Assembly (NCBI RefSeq): GCF_006345805.1
Contig: NC_043000.1
Coordinates: forward strand, 13,826,001-13,890,000
Length of the DNA stretch: 64,000 nt
Direction of reading: 5' to 3'
DNA from: Octopus sinensis
Lineage: Eukaryota
Below are positions 12,455 through 24,474 of this stretch, one piece after another (the first letter of the stretch is position 1; every line of letters begins with the position of its first letter). Both the position numbers and the translations under genes were made by a program. The notes beneath the pieces were generated by a model. That model did no database searches. It was not told the DNA's origin and saw only the letters and a program-made list of their open reading frames with translations.

Positions 12455-14296
12455 GTGAGAGAGAATCGTGATGTGGTAGGAGAAAAATGTGTCCGCATGG
12501 ATGATGGTTCACTTGCGCTAAATGAGGATGCAAAGAGAGAGGTTTGGAGATGCCACTATGAAAGGTTGCTGAATAAAGAAAATGAATGGGATAAAGAGAG
12601 TCTGCCGAATATCAACCCAACAGAGGGACCAGCCATCCGAGTTGACAATTCTTTGGTAGTTAAAGCAATTAGAAGCATGAAGACAGGGAAAGCCCCAGGC
12701 CCATCAGGAATTACTGCAGAGATGCTCAAAATATCTGGCAGTGTCGGCTATAACCTAGTCACCCATATAGTTAACCAGGTGATACACGAAGGAGTCATAC
12801 CCAATGACTGGTGTAGCAGCATACTAGTCAACTGCTACAAAGGTAAGGGCGACGCCCTAGATACAAATAATTACAGAGGTATCAAGCTGTTGGATCAGGT
12901 AATGAAGGTTACAGAGAGGGTCATAGCCCAACTGATTAGGGAGAGAGTCAATTTGGACGAGATGCAGTTTGGTTTCATGCCAGGGAAAAGCACCACTGAT
13001 GCCATATTTCTGGTGAGACAGCTGCAGGAGAAATACCTAGCCAAAGATAAGCCCCTGTACCTGGCTTTTGTTGACATGGAGAAAGCCTTTGATAGGGTCC
13101 CCCGATCCCTCATCTGGTGGTCAATGAGGAAACTATGGATAGATGAATGGCTGGTGAGGGCTGTGCAAGCCATGTACAGAGATGCCGTAAGTAAGGTTAG
13201 GATTGGCAACATGTACACAGAAGAATTCAAAGTAGAGGTTGGGGTCCACCAAGGTTCAGTACTCAGCCCCCTCCTATTTATCATAGTCCTCCAGGCAATT
13301 GTGGAGGAATTCAAGACAGGTTTCCCCTGGGAGCTCCTCTATGCTGACGACCTCGCTCTAATTGCTGAGTCACTATCAGAACTGGAGGAGAAGTTCCAGG
13401 TGTGGAAGGAGGGTTTAGAATCGAGGGGCCTTAGAATCAACCTAGCTAAAACCAAAGTACTAATAAGTAGAAAGGTAGACAATCCACAAATATCCTCAGG
13501 AAGATGGCCCTGCTCGATCTGTAGAAAAGGTGTAGGTAGAAACTCTATAAGATGTACCCAGTGTAAGCTATGGACACATAAGAGGTGCAGCAATGTCAAA
13601 GGTAGGCTAACTGGGAAGATAGTTTTTGTATGTGGCAGATGCTCAGGAGCAATAATCTCTGAAAATCTGCAGAAAACAACTTCCGTCACTTTCCAGGGGG
13701 AAAAACTAGAAGTAGTTGATAGCTTCCATTATCTAGGTGACCAAGTCAGTAGTGGGGGTGGGTGCATTGAAAGTGTAACTGCTAGAGTAAGAATAGCCTG
13801 GGCAAAGTTTAGGGAGCTCTTACCTCTGCTGGTGACTAAAGGCCTCTCGCTCAGAGTAAAAGGCAGACTGTATGATGCATGTGTACGAACAGCCATGCTA
13901 CATGGCAGTGAAACATGGGCCGTGACTGCTGAGGACATGCGTAAGCTCGTGAGGAATGAAGCCAGTATGCTCCGATGGATGTGTAATGTCAGCATGCATA
14001 CTCGACAGAGCGTTAGTACCCTGAGAGAAATGTTGGACCTAAGAAGCATCAGTTGTGGTGTGCAAGAGAGACGATTGCACTGGTATGGTCATGTGGCGAG
14101 AATGGATGAAGATAGGTGTGTGAAAACGTGCCAATCCCTAGCAGTTGAGGGAGCCCGTGGAAGAGGTAGACCCAGGAAAACCTGGGACGAGGTGGTGAAG
14201 CACGACCTTCGAACCTTGGGTCTCACTGAGGAAATGACCGGCGACCGAGACCTTTGGAAATATGCTGTGCATGAGAAGACCAGGCAGGACAAGTGA
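12455..14296 (+). CDS. RTE ORF2 fragment: reverse transcriptase plus PHD-type zinc finger (endonuclease missing)
   Basis: 613-aa ORF with KAPGPSG, NYRGIKLL, QFGFMPGKSTTD, FVDMEKAFDRV, GVHQGSVLSP and LLYADD (13340-13351). C4HC3 motif at 13511-13642. Confidence 0.95.
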   Translation: MRENRDVVGEKCVRMDDGSLALNEDAKREVWRCHYERLLNKENEWDKESLPNINPTEGPAIRVDNSLVVKAIRSMKTGKAPGPSGITAEMLKISGSVGYNLVTHIVNQVIHEGVIPNDWCSSILVNCYKGKGDALDTNNYRGIKLLDQVMKVTERVIAQLIRERVNLDEMQFGFMPGKSTTDAIFLVRQLQEKYLAKDKPLYLAFVDMEKAFDRVPRSLIWWSMRKLWIDEWLVRAVQAMYRDAVSKVRIGNMYTEEFKVEVGVHQGSVLSPLLFIIVLQAIVEEFKTGFPWELLYADDLALIAESLSELEEKFQVWKEGLESRGLRINLAKTKVLISRKVDNPQISSGRWPCSICRKGVGRNSIRCTQCKLWTHKRCSNVKGRLTGKIVFVCGRCSGAIISENLQKTTSVTFQGEKLEVVDSFHYLGDQVSSGGGCIESVTARVRIAWAKFRELLPLLVTKGLSLRVKGRLYDACVRTAMLHGSETWAVTAEDMRKLVRNEASMLRWMCNVSMHTRQSVSTLREMLDLRSISCGVQERRLHWYGHVARMDEDRCVKTCQSLAVEGARGRGRPRKTWDEVVKHDLRTLGLTEEMTGDRDLWKYAVHEKTRQDK

Positions 14297-14504
14297 GTCC
14301 AGCCCACTTATGCATGCCTTTCCCCCCTTGGACACACAAAGACCTGTTGAGGCAAGCGAAGTCGATATCGAACCTCATCTGACGACAGGCACCTATGGCA
14401 ACCCCCCCTTGCTTGCGAAGACCTGTTGGGGCAAGTGAAATCGAAATTGAACCAATCCTATGACTAGCACCCGGCAGATGCCAGGGCCCTAGGACTGGAG
14501 GTAC

Positions 14505-14760
14505 GTAAAAAGCACTATCCGAATTGTGGCCGATGCCAGCGCCGCCTCGACTGGCTTCCATGTCGGTGGCACATAAAAAGCACCATCCGAATCGTAGCCG
14601 AAGCCAGTGCCGCCTCGACTGGCTTCCATAAAAAGCACCATCCGAATCATAGCCAAAGCCAGTGCCGCCTCGACTAGCTTCCATAAAATTCATCAATCCG
14701 ACTGTGGCCGATGCCAGCCTCGCCTGGCACCAGTGCAGGTGGCACATAAAAAGCACCCAC
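14505..14760 (+). repeat. Minisatellite in RTE 3' UTR (55-68 bp unit, about 4 copies)
   Basis: Repeated AAAAAGCACCATCCGAATCGTAGCCGAAGCCAGTGCCGCCTCGACTGGCTTCCAT. Confidence 0.9.
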
Positions 14761-14939
14761 TACACTCACTGAGTGGTTGGCGTTAGGAAGGGCATCCAGC
14801 TTTAGAAACGTTGCCAGATAAGACCGGAGCCTGGTGCAGCCTTCTGGCTTCCCAGAACCCCGGTCGAACCGTCCAACCCATGCTAGCATGGAGAACGGAC
14901 GTTAAACGATGATGATGATGATGATGGTACATAAAAACT

Positions 14940-15690
14940 TATATAGAACTGTTACTGAAAGAAAATAGAAAAACTTGAATAGGTTAGACTGAAGAATGTA
15001 TGGTACTTGGACAGTTCTTGAGGAGACATCTTGAAAAACAGTTGACTTGAGAAGAAAAGAAAATATGTGGATAGTTTCAGGGAGATGGATGAATGTGTGA
15101 CGGTGTAGGTAAGTGAAGGTCATGACAAAAGAAATCAAATTTGAGAATGGAACACTGATCTTCTCAGCACAGAAACAGGCCCAGAGAAGAAATAATATCA
15201 AATCCTATGCATACAAAACCAGAGAATTTATATTAAATAGAATACGTGGTAAAAAATGGTGAAAGTGTAGTACATTTGAATAAAAGAATGCAGTAAGTTA
15301 GCACTGAAGAAATTCAAGAGAAGGCATGACTATGTTACATAGATTATTCACTGGGAATATGGGAAAATAAATTAGAACAGATAGATAGCATGAAGTTCAG
15401 CTTCCTAATGATATCAAAATTGGTTAGCATTTTATCATGTCGTATAACAATAAAAAATGACCCGGTATTGTCACAGTGAACAATAAATCAAGAAAATGTG
15501 AAAATAATTGGTAATACCAATTCATGGAGAAATTAGAATTGGGATCAAGTAAAAGAATTAAGAGGCTTTCAAACATGAGATTGTAAATATTTGGCAAGTA
15601 AAGAAGATACATAATAATACAAATAAGGATAAATCTTTAGGTATTATCCCTAATAGACTTAGAAAGTGTCATGTTGATTGGTCCATTTAT
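14940..15690 (+). mobile_element. Degenerate R4/Dong-clade LINE C-terminus (CCHC knuckle plus REL endonuclease)
   Basis: Frameshifted pieces TLIFSAQKQAQRRNNIK, GESVVHL..ECSKLALKKFKRRHDYV..IIHW and PGIVTVNNKSRKC. These match R4/Dong EALICAAQEQALRTN...HIVSECSKLAQKEYKRRHD...PDIV. Confidence 0.7.
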
Positions 15691-16244
15691 TTTACTTTGG
15701 CGTTGCAGAGAAAATAGATTTATTTCCCTTCATGTGAGTACGACAGATGGACCAAACACAATAACACTTGTAAAAAGAAGTCCCAACTCTCGTTTAACAT
15801 CATTAATAGTGAGCTCACAAATGTGTTATGATGGTCACCACATAATGACATAGAACTACAAGACCTGAGAAATGCAGTGAAGCTAATGTGTATCTCACTC
15901 TCCTTAATAGATATAAACACAATGCATATGACTGCAACCTAGAACTTAGTGAAAAACGAATGCTTGAATGAGGAAGAATTGTCTGTAAACAGTTGAATTC
16001 ATGATTTTAAAAATAATTGACTAAACTAATAATTCAAATTATAACAGAATATTTCTAAACAATATTATTTGGAACAGCTAATAAGTGTTAAAGCTTTAGA
16101 TTAACTACCATGCAAAGTACATATAAAAGGCTTTTGGACTGAAAATTGCTAGTAGTACTTCTCCTTTTCCTTAAAGATACCAAACTACAGTATAAGATCC
16201 TTGAACCAGGATAGAAAATGATAATTTCCAACTTTCGCACATAA

Positions 16245-16634
16245 ACTAGCAGTATCACCCAGCGTTGCTTGGGTTTGTTTCGACCCTTTAGGATTGGAAT
16301 TTTTGAAAAGTAAAAATTTTGCATTATGTAGCTTGTTATTCTTTTTAAGTGAACATTTTTCTAGTTGAAATACACCGAAAAATGATGACACAGCAGTAAG
16401 AAAATCGTAAAAAATAGGGATTTTCATAGAAAAAAAACACCTTTTTGATGTAAATAATTTTTGGTGTTAACATGGTCTGATTTGAATTTTTTCTTCTACG
16501 GAAGGAAGAGCAAGCCTTCTTCTATCATACTCTGAATTTTGGTCAACTTGCGCTGTATGGTCTCGGAGGAGATAGTGTTAGTTGAAGGCTACCAAACCTG
16601 CCATACACAGACAACTTCAGCTTTATATATAAGA
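16245..16634 (+). mobile_element. Non-autonomous Helitron/Helentron-like element
   Basis: 5' ACTAGCAGTATCACCCAGCGTTGCTTGGG (short hairpin) and 3' CAGACAACTTCAGCTTTATATATAAGAT resemble Lep1/HINE-type termini. Confidence 0.5.
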
Positions 16635-18269
16635 TTTTGGGAACAGAAAATAATTGATTTAATCAATCCCAGTATTTAACTGGTAGTTATTTCATAAACG
16701 CTGAAAGGATGAAATGCAAAATTAATCCTAGTATGATTTGAACTCTGGTCTTAATGGGACAAACACTATTAAAATTATTTGATTCTTGTGAAAGTGACAA
16801 TATCGGATAAATTCCTTACACACATTTTTATACCATGGAACAATATATGGCCCCTTTCAGCTCTTGATTATACATAAAAAAAATTTCGGGGAAACATCTG
16901 TTTTGTGTGTTGCAACATTTTCTCAAAACATGATCTGTTAATAATAACTGTGAATATATTGTATTTCCAGTTTTCACAAATGATTTCAGTTAAAATGATG
17001 AATGAAAATTTTATTTATTCTCATATTACTCATAAAAACAAATCTTGTTTCCCTAAAACATGTAAAATAAATAACTTGTATTAAAAGTCAATAATTACAA
17101 ACACCAACAAATGTAAGAAATGTATTAAAAAGAAAGAAATCAAATTTCAGAAATAAAAATGAATCAGAATATTTGTAATATATTGCATTCTATTGAAATT
17201 TGTCGTCATTTGTTATTTGGCTGAGCTATAATGATAATAAAATTCAACTATTTAGTTAACCCTTTCAATGATCATTTTCTTAATGTAACAGATAACTGAC
17301 TGTGAATATATACTTTAAACTAATATGCATTAAACTAATTTTTAAAATAATTAAGTTTGGTGGGATTTAATAAAATTACTTTTGCATTTCCAAGTTGGTG
17401 TTTTGAATTAACGGGTTTTATGTGAAATGATGATAAAATGTTTTTCCATTTAAACTTAGCAATGCCTGTGGAAATTTCCCAGTTTCTTTGAAAACTATAA
17501 GTTTGTTGGAAGTTTTTAAAGAACCATGAAATGCATAAAATTTCTTTTGAAATTCCGTTTTCTGAAATTTTTCATTCTTTAGATGATATAAACTCCACAT
17601 AGGTAGTGTTGAATGTACTGTCTTAGAACAGAACATCTTTGAAAGCTATATTCTTTGTTATACACTTCTACCTTAAGCATTACTGTCTATTATTTTTGTC
17701 TTTAAAAGAATGAAATAGAAGACTTAGTATTATTCTGCTATGGTACAACTACTCTTGGTTGAAATAGTTGTACTTCAAGTACTAATACACTGTACTTCAT
17801 CTATATTTTCATATCAGGGAAAGTATATATGACTGAACTCAGACCCTATAAACAAAGTACAATAGCTGCCTCAGAACTGTCGGTTAAAAAATAAAAATTG
17901 GTAATATATATATATATGTTGCATTTGATTGAAAACATTTATCACTCATTTAACTTATGAATAATATAAATGTTGTATCTATAATAGATTATGTCTTTGA
18001 TTTCTTTCCACATTTTATCAGCCAATTGTTTTACAAATAATATTTTATTCATTATATTGTCTTTAATTTTATTCCACATTTGAAATGTTTCACATATAGA
18101 CAATAGAAGAATATTATTTTAATGAACATTATAAATCCGCAGTTTAGAAAAATTGTTATTAATGTACCAATCAACAATCGAAGAACAAGGAAAAACAAGG
18201 CTTTCTAAATTAGTCTAATGATATAAACCTTTTCAATGAAGTTGAGAATAAGTTAGGGTTAGTAAAAGT

Positions 18270-18612
18270 TTTATTGTTTTAATGTCCACTTTTCCATGCT
18301 TGCATGGGTCAGACAATTGAAGCAGATTTTCTATGGCTGTCACCAAACCTCACCTTTTGCTTAATAAGGTAATATTTTCAGATTATCAGGCAAGTTTTCA
18401 TGGAAGATTGGAAATGAAGGTTGCTTGATGGTGACATTTGCTTTCAACTATCACTCAATATCAAAGGCAAAAAGTCAGTGGCATGCGCACATGCATGAAT
18501 GCACTCTCTCTCTCTCTCACATGCACACACACGCGTTCCATCTACCAGACCCACTCACAAGGCTTTGGTCAGCTAGGGTCTATGATGGAAGACACTTGCC
18601 CAAGGTGCCATA
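18270..18612 (-). mobile_element. RTE-tail fragment and SINE family A fragment
   Basis: Similar to the RTE 3' terminus (CCACTTTTCCATGCTTGCATGGG) and to the SINE core (CCACTCACAAGGCTTTGGTC...CCCAAGGTGCC). Confidence 0.65.
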
Positions 18613-20084
18613 AAATGGTTAGGAAATAAACTTCTTGCAACACAGCCTGACAAAGGTAAATGTTGGAAGAATTTCAATAGCGTATAAAATTGTTTCCTAA
18701 CCTTAAAAACAGGTATAGTCATATAATGTTTGAAAAGGACTTCTTTTCTAAGACCTTTTTAGTTAGCTGAAATAATTGTGGAAGTCTGTTTGATGGTTTA
18801 AAGATGTGTTTCAATACACAACATTAGTTTTATAAAGAAATTAACGAGTGACACAAAAAGCAATTCTGTATATTTTAATTTATATTCATAGTCATATTAC
18901 AATACTCAAATTCTTTAAGATTTTGATTCAATTATTGAATATTCTGCAGCATTTGATAACATTTCTCTAATGTAATAAACTTAAAATAATTAAGAGAAAT
19001 TTTCATTTAGCTACAAGTAAATTATATATGTACATAATCTACTTTCACAATTTTATCTTTCTACATTTATCACTATAAATTTTTAGTACATGAAGTTTTA
19101 AATTTTATCCTTGATTTAATGAAATTCAGAATTATCTTTCTTTTGTTTTAAATGTTACTAGAAATTTGTAACAAATTTCAAAACATTAATCTTAGTGAGG
19201 CAAAACACCAAATTAATTGTTGAATCCCTCAATAAAACAGAATTAAAGTAAATTATCAGAATTAGTGGTAGCATTAGCATTGTAACCACACCAAAGACTA
19301 GAGCTTGGTTTGGCTTGTATAACATTCCTAGCAGTAACAGTTGTGAACTCCTGTTGGTTTTCCTTTAACTACAGTTAATCTTTGTGGGGAGGGGAACAGA
19401 AGTGTTTAATTTTTAATGCTGGCATGTGAAGACATTCCTACTGAAATTTTGATGGAAGAGGCTGATTGGGTATATCAACTCCAGTGCTCAACTAGGAATT
19501 ATATTATTGATCCTAAAAGAATGAAAGACAAAAATTGACCTCAGCGGGATTTGAATTCCGAACTGAGTTGGAATATGAAGACATTGCATATGAGCGGTGT
19601 TGGTTGTCTCAATTCAAATTATAATTTTCAATTTATAAACAATACTCATGTCATTTTTATTTCTTGAAATTGTTGCTATGCATATTAGAAATTATATTTT
19701 GAAATTACTATAATTTGAGATAGAGAATGAAATAGTAAATCAGTATTAATACATAAACAGTGCAAGTGACAGCTGGTGAACATTTATCAAAAAGCCCCAT
19801 ATTTTCAATAAATAACTCCTGTTGTGGGAAACAACAATGAAATACAATTCATTTCCATTCTTTCTGTGTGCTTAGATTGTCCTAGATTTAACACACTGGT
19901 TGGTTTGCAGCAGTAGAAACTTTTATATTCTCAAAGTTGCTCATTGTATCACACGAGCTGTGTCGAATATTTCTTCTATGATTAGTGCAAAATTACTACA
20001 ACTAAGCATGGGGTATAATTTTTAAATGCTTTATATATATATATATATATACTTTATATATATATACACACATACACATGTACA

Positions 20085-21095
20085 GAAAATAGACTCCATC
20101 AACTGTCAGTGGGGTGAGCTAGAGGTAGTAGATAGCTTCTGTTATCTAGGTGACAAAGTTATTAGCAGAGGTGGGTGCTCTGAGAGCATAGCTGTGCTGT
20201 GAGAATAAGATTAGGCTGGGCAAAGTTCAGAGAGCTCCTACCTCTGCTGGCAACAAAGGGGCTCTCTCTCTCTCTCAGAGTGAAAGGTTGTATGATGCTT
20301 GAGTGCGGAGAGCTATGCTACATAGCAGTAAACATGGGCTGTGATAGCCAAGAATATGCTTAGGTTTGAAAGAAATGAAGTCAGTATGCTTCGTTCGATG
20401 TGCAATGTCAATGTGCATATTTGACAGTGTAAGCATCTTGAGAGAAAAGTTAGGCATAAGAGGCATCAGATGTGGTGTGCAAGAGAGATGACTGTGCTGG
20501 TATGGTCATGTGATGTGTATGGCCGAGGACAGTTGTGTAAAGAAGTGCTAATTTCTAACTGTGGAGGAAACCTGTGGAAGAGGTAGACTCAAGAAGATAT
20601 AGGACAAAGTGGTGAAGCATGATCTTCGAAATTTAGGCCTCACAAAGGCAATGATTTATGACTAAGACCTTTGGTGATATGCTGCGCTTGAGAAGACCTG
20701 TCAAACCAAATGAAATGGTAGTCATGGCTGATGCTGGTGTCCTGTAAAAAGTACCTTTCGGGCATTGAGCCTCACAGAGGCAGAGTGGCTGAACTCCTTT
20801 TGAGTGTTGGGGCTTACAGAGGCAATGACCAAGATATTTGGTATTGTGTCATGCTTGAGAAGAAGACTCATCAAGCCAAGTAAAATCGCAGTCATGGCAG
20901 ATACTGGTGTCACTCAAATGACACCTGTGCTGGTGGCACGTAAAAGCACCTATCACACTCGCAGAGTGGTTGGCGTTAAGAAGGACGTCCAGCCGTAGAA
21001 ACGATGTCAAATCTGAATAGAGTCTGGTGCAGCTTGCCAGCCCTGGTCAAACAGTCCAACTCATGCCAGCATGGACAATGGACGTTAAATAATGA
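20085..21095 (+). mobile_element. Old RTE LINE 3' portion
   Basis: Colinear with 13680-14926, with stops and indels. Ends GGACGTTAAATAATGATGAT. Confidence 0.9.
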
Positions 21096-21308
21096 TGATA
21101 TATATATATATAGTATATATGTGTCTACATACACACACACACATTTTCAAAATGGGCTGAAGACTAGCATCATGCTTGAAACTCAAGAGTACCAAGAAAT
21201 TTGCATCAAACTGTTTTGATCCATAAAGTAACTCCCAATAAATTTGTTGAGTGCTCTTCTTTTGTTTGTTCACTCACTTATGTGTGTGTCTGTGTGTGTA
21301 TATATATA

Positions 21309-21344
<36 letters not shown>

Positions 21345-21346
<2 letters not shown>

Positions 21347-21742
21347 GTGTGGTAAGAAGCTTGTTTCCTAACCACATGGTTCCAGGTTCAGTCCCACTGC
21401 ATGGCACCTTGGGCAAGTGTCTTTGACTATAGCCTCAGGCCAACCAAACCTTTGGGAGTGAATTTGGTAGATGGAAACTGAAAGACACCTGTCATGTATA
21501 TATATGTATATTTATGTATGTGTCTTTGGGTCTGTGTTTGTCCCCCCACCATCGCTTGAGAACTGATGCTGGTGTGTTTATATCCCCATAATTTAGCGGT
21601 TTAGCAAAAGAGACTAATAGAGTAAGTACTAGGCTTACAAAGAATACGTCCTGGGGTTAATTTCTTTGACTAAAACCCTTTGAGGCAGCGCTCCAGCATG
21701 GCCATAGTGAAATGACTGAAACGTGTAGAAGAATAAAAGAAT
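21345..21742 (+). mobile_element. tRNA-derived SINE family A
   Basis: Full colinearity with the reverse complement of 7197-7580; CpG-depleted. Confidence 0.9.
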
Positions 21743-21974
21743 GTGTGTGTGTAAATCCTCTCTGTTTTCTTGGTATTTCTTATGCTGGTGTTTTTATTGG
21801 TGAAAAATAATATTTTATTGTTGCTTACCACAACACAAATTATTTACTGAAATTTTAGGACTGTTTAGGAAATGTTCTGCTACTATTACTCTATTAGTAG
21901 CATTACTACTATTGACAGTTCTCTAAAGATAATTTCCATCTCCACTTAAGTATCAGAATATTTCATTGAATTAT

Positions 21975-22435
21975 TAGGTGAGGTGGCAGAATCATTAGCA
22001 CCAAAGAAAAATGCTTAGCAGTATTTCTCCTGACTAATTTCATTTTGAATTCAAATTCTGTTGGGGGGTCAGCTTTGCTTTTCATCTCTTCAAGATCAAT
22101 AAAATAGGTACCGGTCAAGTACTGGTGTTGATTTAATTAATTTAACCCCTTCCCCAAAATTTCTGGCTTTGTTCCTATGGTAGAAAGAATTATTATGCCT
22201 GAGTAGGGTAGTGGGTTGGCAGAATCAGTAGAGCTTTGTGTGTTTTTGGTGGGGATACTTTGTGGTATTTGTGCCAGCTCTTTATGTTCTGAGTTCAAAT
22301 ACTGCCATAGTCAGCTTTCTCTGATATCCTTCTGGGGTCAATAAAATGAAATACCACTCAAGTACTGGAACTGATTTAATCAAGTAACACCTTCCTCTAA
22401 ATTGCTTGATTTGTTGTGCCTAAATTAGAGATTTA
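21975..22435 (+). mobile_element. Two tandem old SINE family B copies
   Basis: GAGxTGGCAGAATC...GAGTTCAAAT...AATAAAATAxGTACCAGTCAAGTACTGG pattern occurs twice. Confidence 0.8.
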
Positions 22436-22780
22436 ATTATGAGTCCTGAGTTGACTTCAGATTTGGGCTTTACTGAGATTCAGTTACTTTAAAATGAGTA
22501 ATTTAATGACAATATTAAGGTTAATATTGTTGTGGATCATCTTAAGTTCTAAAATTAATCATTGGAATTATCTGTATTTAGTTAAGCTGTAACAAAATAA
22601 AATCTCTTTTTCTTTTACTTGTTTTAATGGGACACCACCTTGAAGGGATTTGTCGAACAAATTGACCCCAGTACATTTTTTGAAAGCCTAATATTTATTC
22701 TATTAATCTCTCTGCTGAACTACTCAGTTATGAAGATGTAGACAATCCAATACCAGTTGTCAAGTGGTAGTTGGGGACAC

Positions 22781-23015
22781 TAAGGCAGTGAGCTGGCAGA
22801 AACGTTGGCACGCCGGGCGAAATGCTTAGTGGTATTTCGTCTGCCGCTACGTTCTGAGTTCAAATTCCGCCGAGGTCGACTTTGCCTTTCGTCCTTTCGG
22901 GGTCGATTAAATAAGTACCAGTTACGCACTGGGGGTCGATATAATCAACTTAATCCGTTTGTCTGTCCTTGTTTGTCCTCTCTGTGTTTAGCCCCTTGTG
23001 GGTAGTAAAGAAATA
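22781..23015 (+). mobile_element. Young SINE family B inserted into an older family A SINE
   Basis: CpG-rich complete copy flanked by ~15-bp imperfect TSDs GGTAGTTGGGGACAC (22766-22780) and GGTAGTGGGGAACAC (23016-23030). Host SINE pieces lie at 22605-22780 and ~23270-23395. Confidence 0.9.
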
Positions 23016-23989
23016 GGTAGTGGGGAACACACACATTTGCCACAGAACCTCCCAAAACTAGACACCGATATCTAAGCCTAATTAGATTACCTGTGAAGGA
23101 AAAAACAACCAATAACAATGTAAGTGATCTTCAGAACCTACAAATCTACAAACACTTTTCACTTTACAAGAATAAAGGATAACTCAGAATAACAATACTG
23201 TGATACATTAGAAATTCACAATCAAGCATAACAAATGTGTATTATATGTTATATAAATGTGTGTGTGTATACACACACAGTGAACTTCTTTCAGTTTTTG
23301 TCCACCAAATCCACTCACTAGGTTTTGGCCTGCTCAAGACTATAATGGAAGACATTTGTCCAAGGATCCATGTAATTGGGAAGAAAACTTCTTTCACTCA
23401 CTAAAACACAAGGCCAAGAATATAAGAATTATGTAGGTGCAGGTTGGCTATGTGGTAAGAAGTAGGGGATTGTTAAAGATATATTCTACATTTTGCAAGA
23501 AATGCTTTTTATGTTGCAAGTAGTATGTTTGTTGGAGCAAATAACTTTTGAGAGTAGATATTATGAATATTATTAGCCTGTTAAATCCATATACGTTCAC
23601 TTATTTTTGTTACCTTGATGTCATTTTTTTCATTGATCCAGAGTAGTATAAACATTACATTATTTCTTTATTTAAATAGTTTTGTTTTATATACCCTTCC
23701 TTGATGCTGTTAAGGGATGGATGACTCAAAATATTTTACAAAGTGTAACATTGGTTAATGTCTTGCTATAGAGGAGACACAAGCCAACCTCATATGAATT
23801 AAGAGTGAGTTGGTGTACCTGGAAAGAAGATACCTGGGTTTGTACCCCCATCACACTATAGCCTCTTAACACATGGCATAGAATCATTGCTCTCCTCCCC
23901 ATCTCAAATATGTTCTCCCACATTTAGTGGAGGAGGCTTTTTTACTTTTTCCCTTTTGTCTTGCAAGTTACTTGGCGACCTTACTAGTA

Positions 23990-24172
23990 ATGGTGGCATG
24001 AAAAATGCACCCAGTACACACTGTAAAGTGGTTGGTGTTAGGAAGAACATCCAGCCACAGAAACTATGTCAAAGCTGACAATGGAACTGAACATGGTCCA
24101 GCAGCTTGCCGGATCCTGTCAAACTAAACAACCCTTGCCAACTTGGGAAACTTACATCAAATGATGATGATA
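23990..24172 (+). mobile_element. RTE LINE 3' terminal fragment
   Basis: GGTGGCATGAAAAATGCACCCAGTACAC...ATGATGATGAT. Confidence 0.75.
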
Positions 24173-24254
24173 ACGTTGGTTAATGTATTTATTTTGATTA
24201 TTAGAAATTTTAAAATACTTTTATTACAACTCTAAGATGTAAGTAAAATTTTAA

Positions 24255-24474
24255 CCCTTTTTTTACCAACCCGGCTGAAACTGGCTCTGGTTCTGAGTAT
24301 AAATGTCTTGTTTTCAAAAGTTTTGAACTAAAACCTTTCACCAAACCTTAGTCACAATTTATGTTCCTAACACTAGCTGAATGATAACTAAGTTATTTTA
24401 CTAAATTCTTTGTCATATTTAAAGTAATTGAAAGAAGCACAGTGCATCTCAAAATAAATACGGTAACGAAAGGG
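24255..24474. mobile_element. piggyBac-type MITE
   Basis: TIRs CCCTTTTTTTACC / GGTAACGAAAGGG with TTAA on both sides (24251-24254, 24475-24478). Confidence 0.75.

Larger units (their letters stand above)
12400..14926 (+). mobile_element. Young 5'-truncated RTE-clade LINE
   Basis: Uninterrupted RT ORF, GC-rich 3' UTR with tandem repeats, terminal ...GGACGTTAAAC(GAT)n. CpGs largely retained. No clear TSD. Confidence 0.97.

Noticed and set aside
12895-14756. Minus-strand ORFs of 65-177 aa
   Set aside because: Antisense shadows of the RTE ORF2 and its repetitive UTR.
17260-17415. Third TTAA-type MITE
   Set aside because: Left end fits (TTAACCCTTTC) but the right TIR and TSD are too degraded to call.
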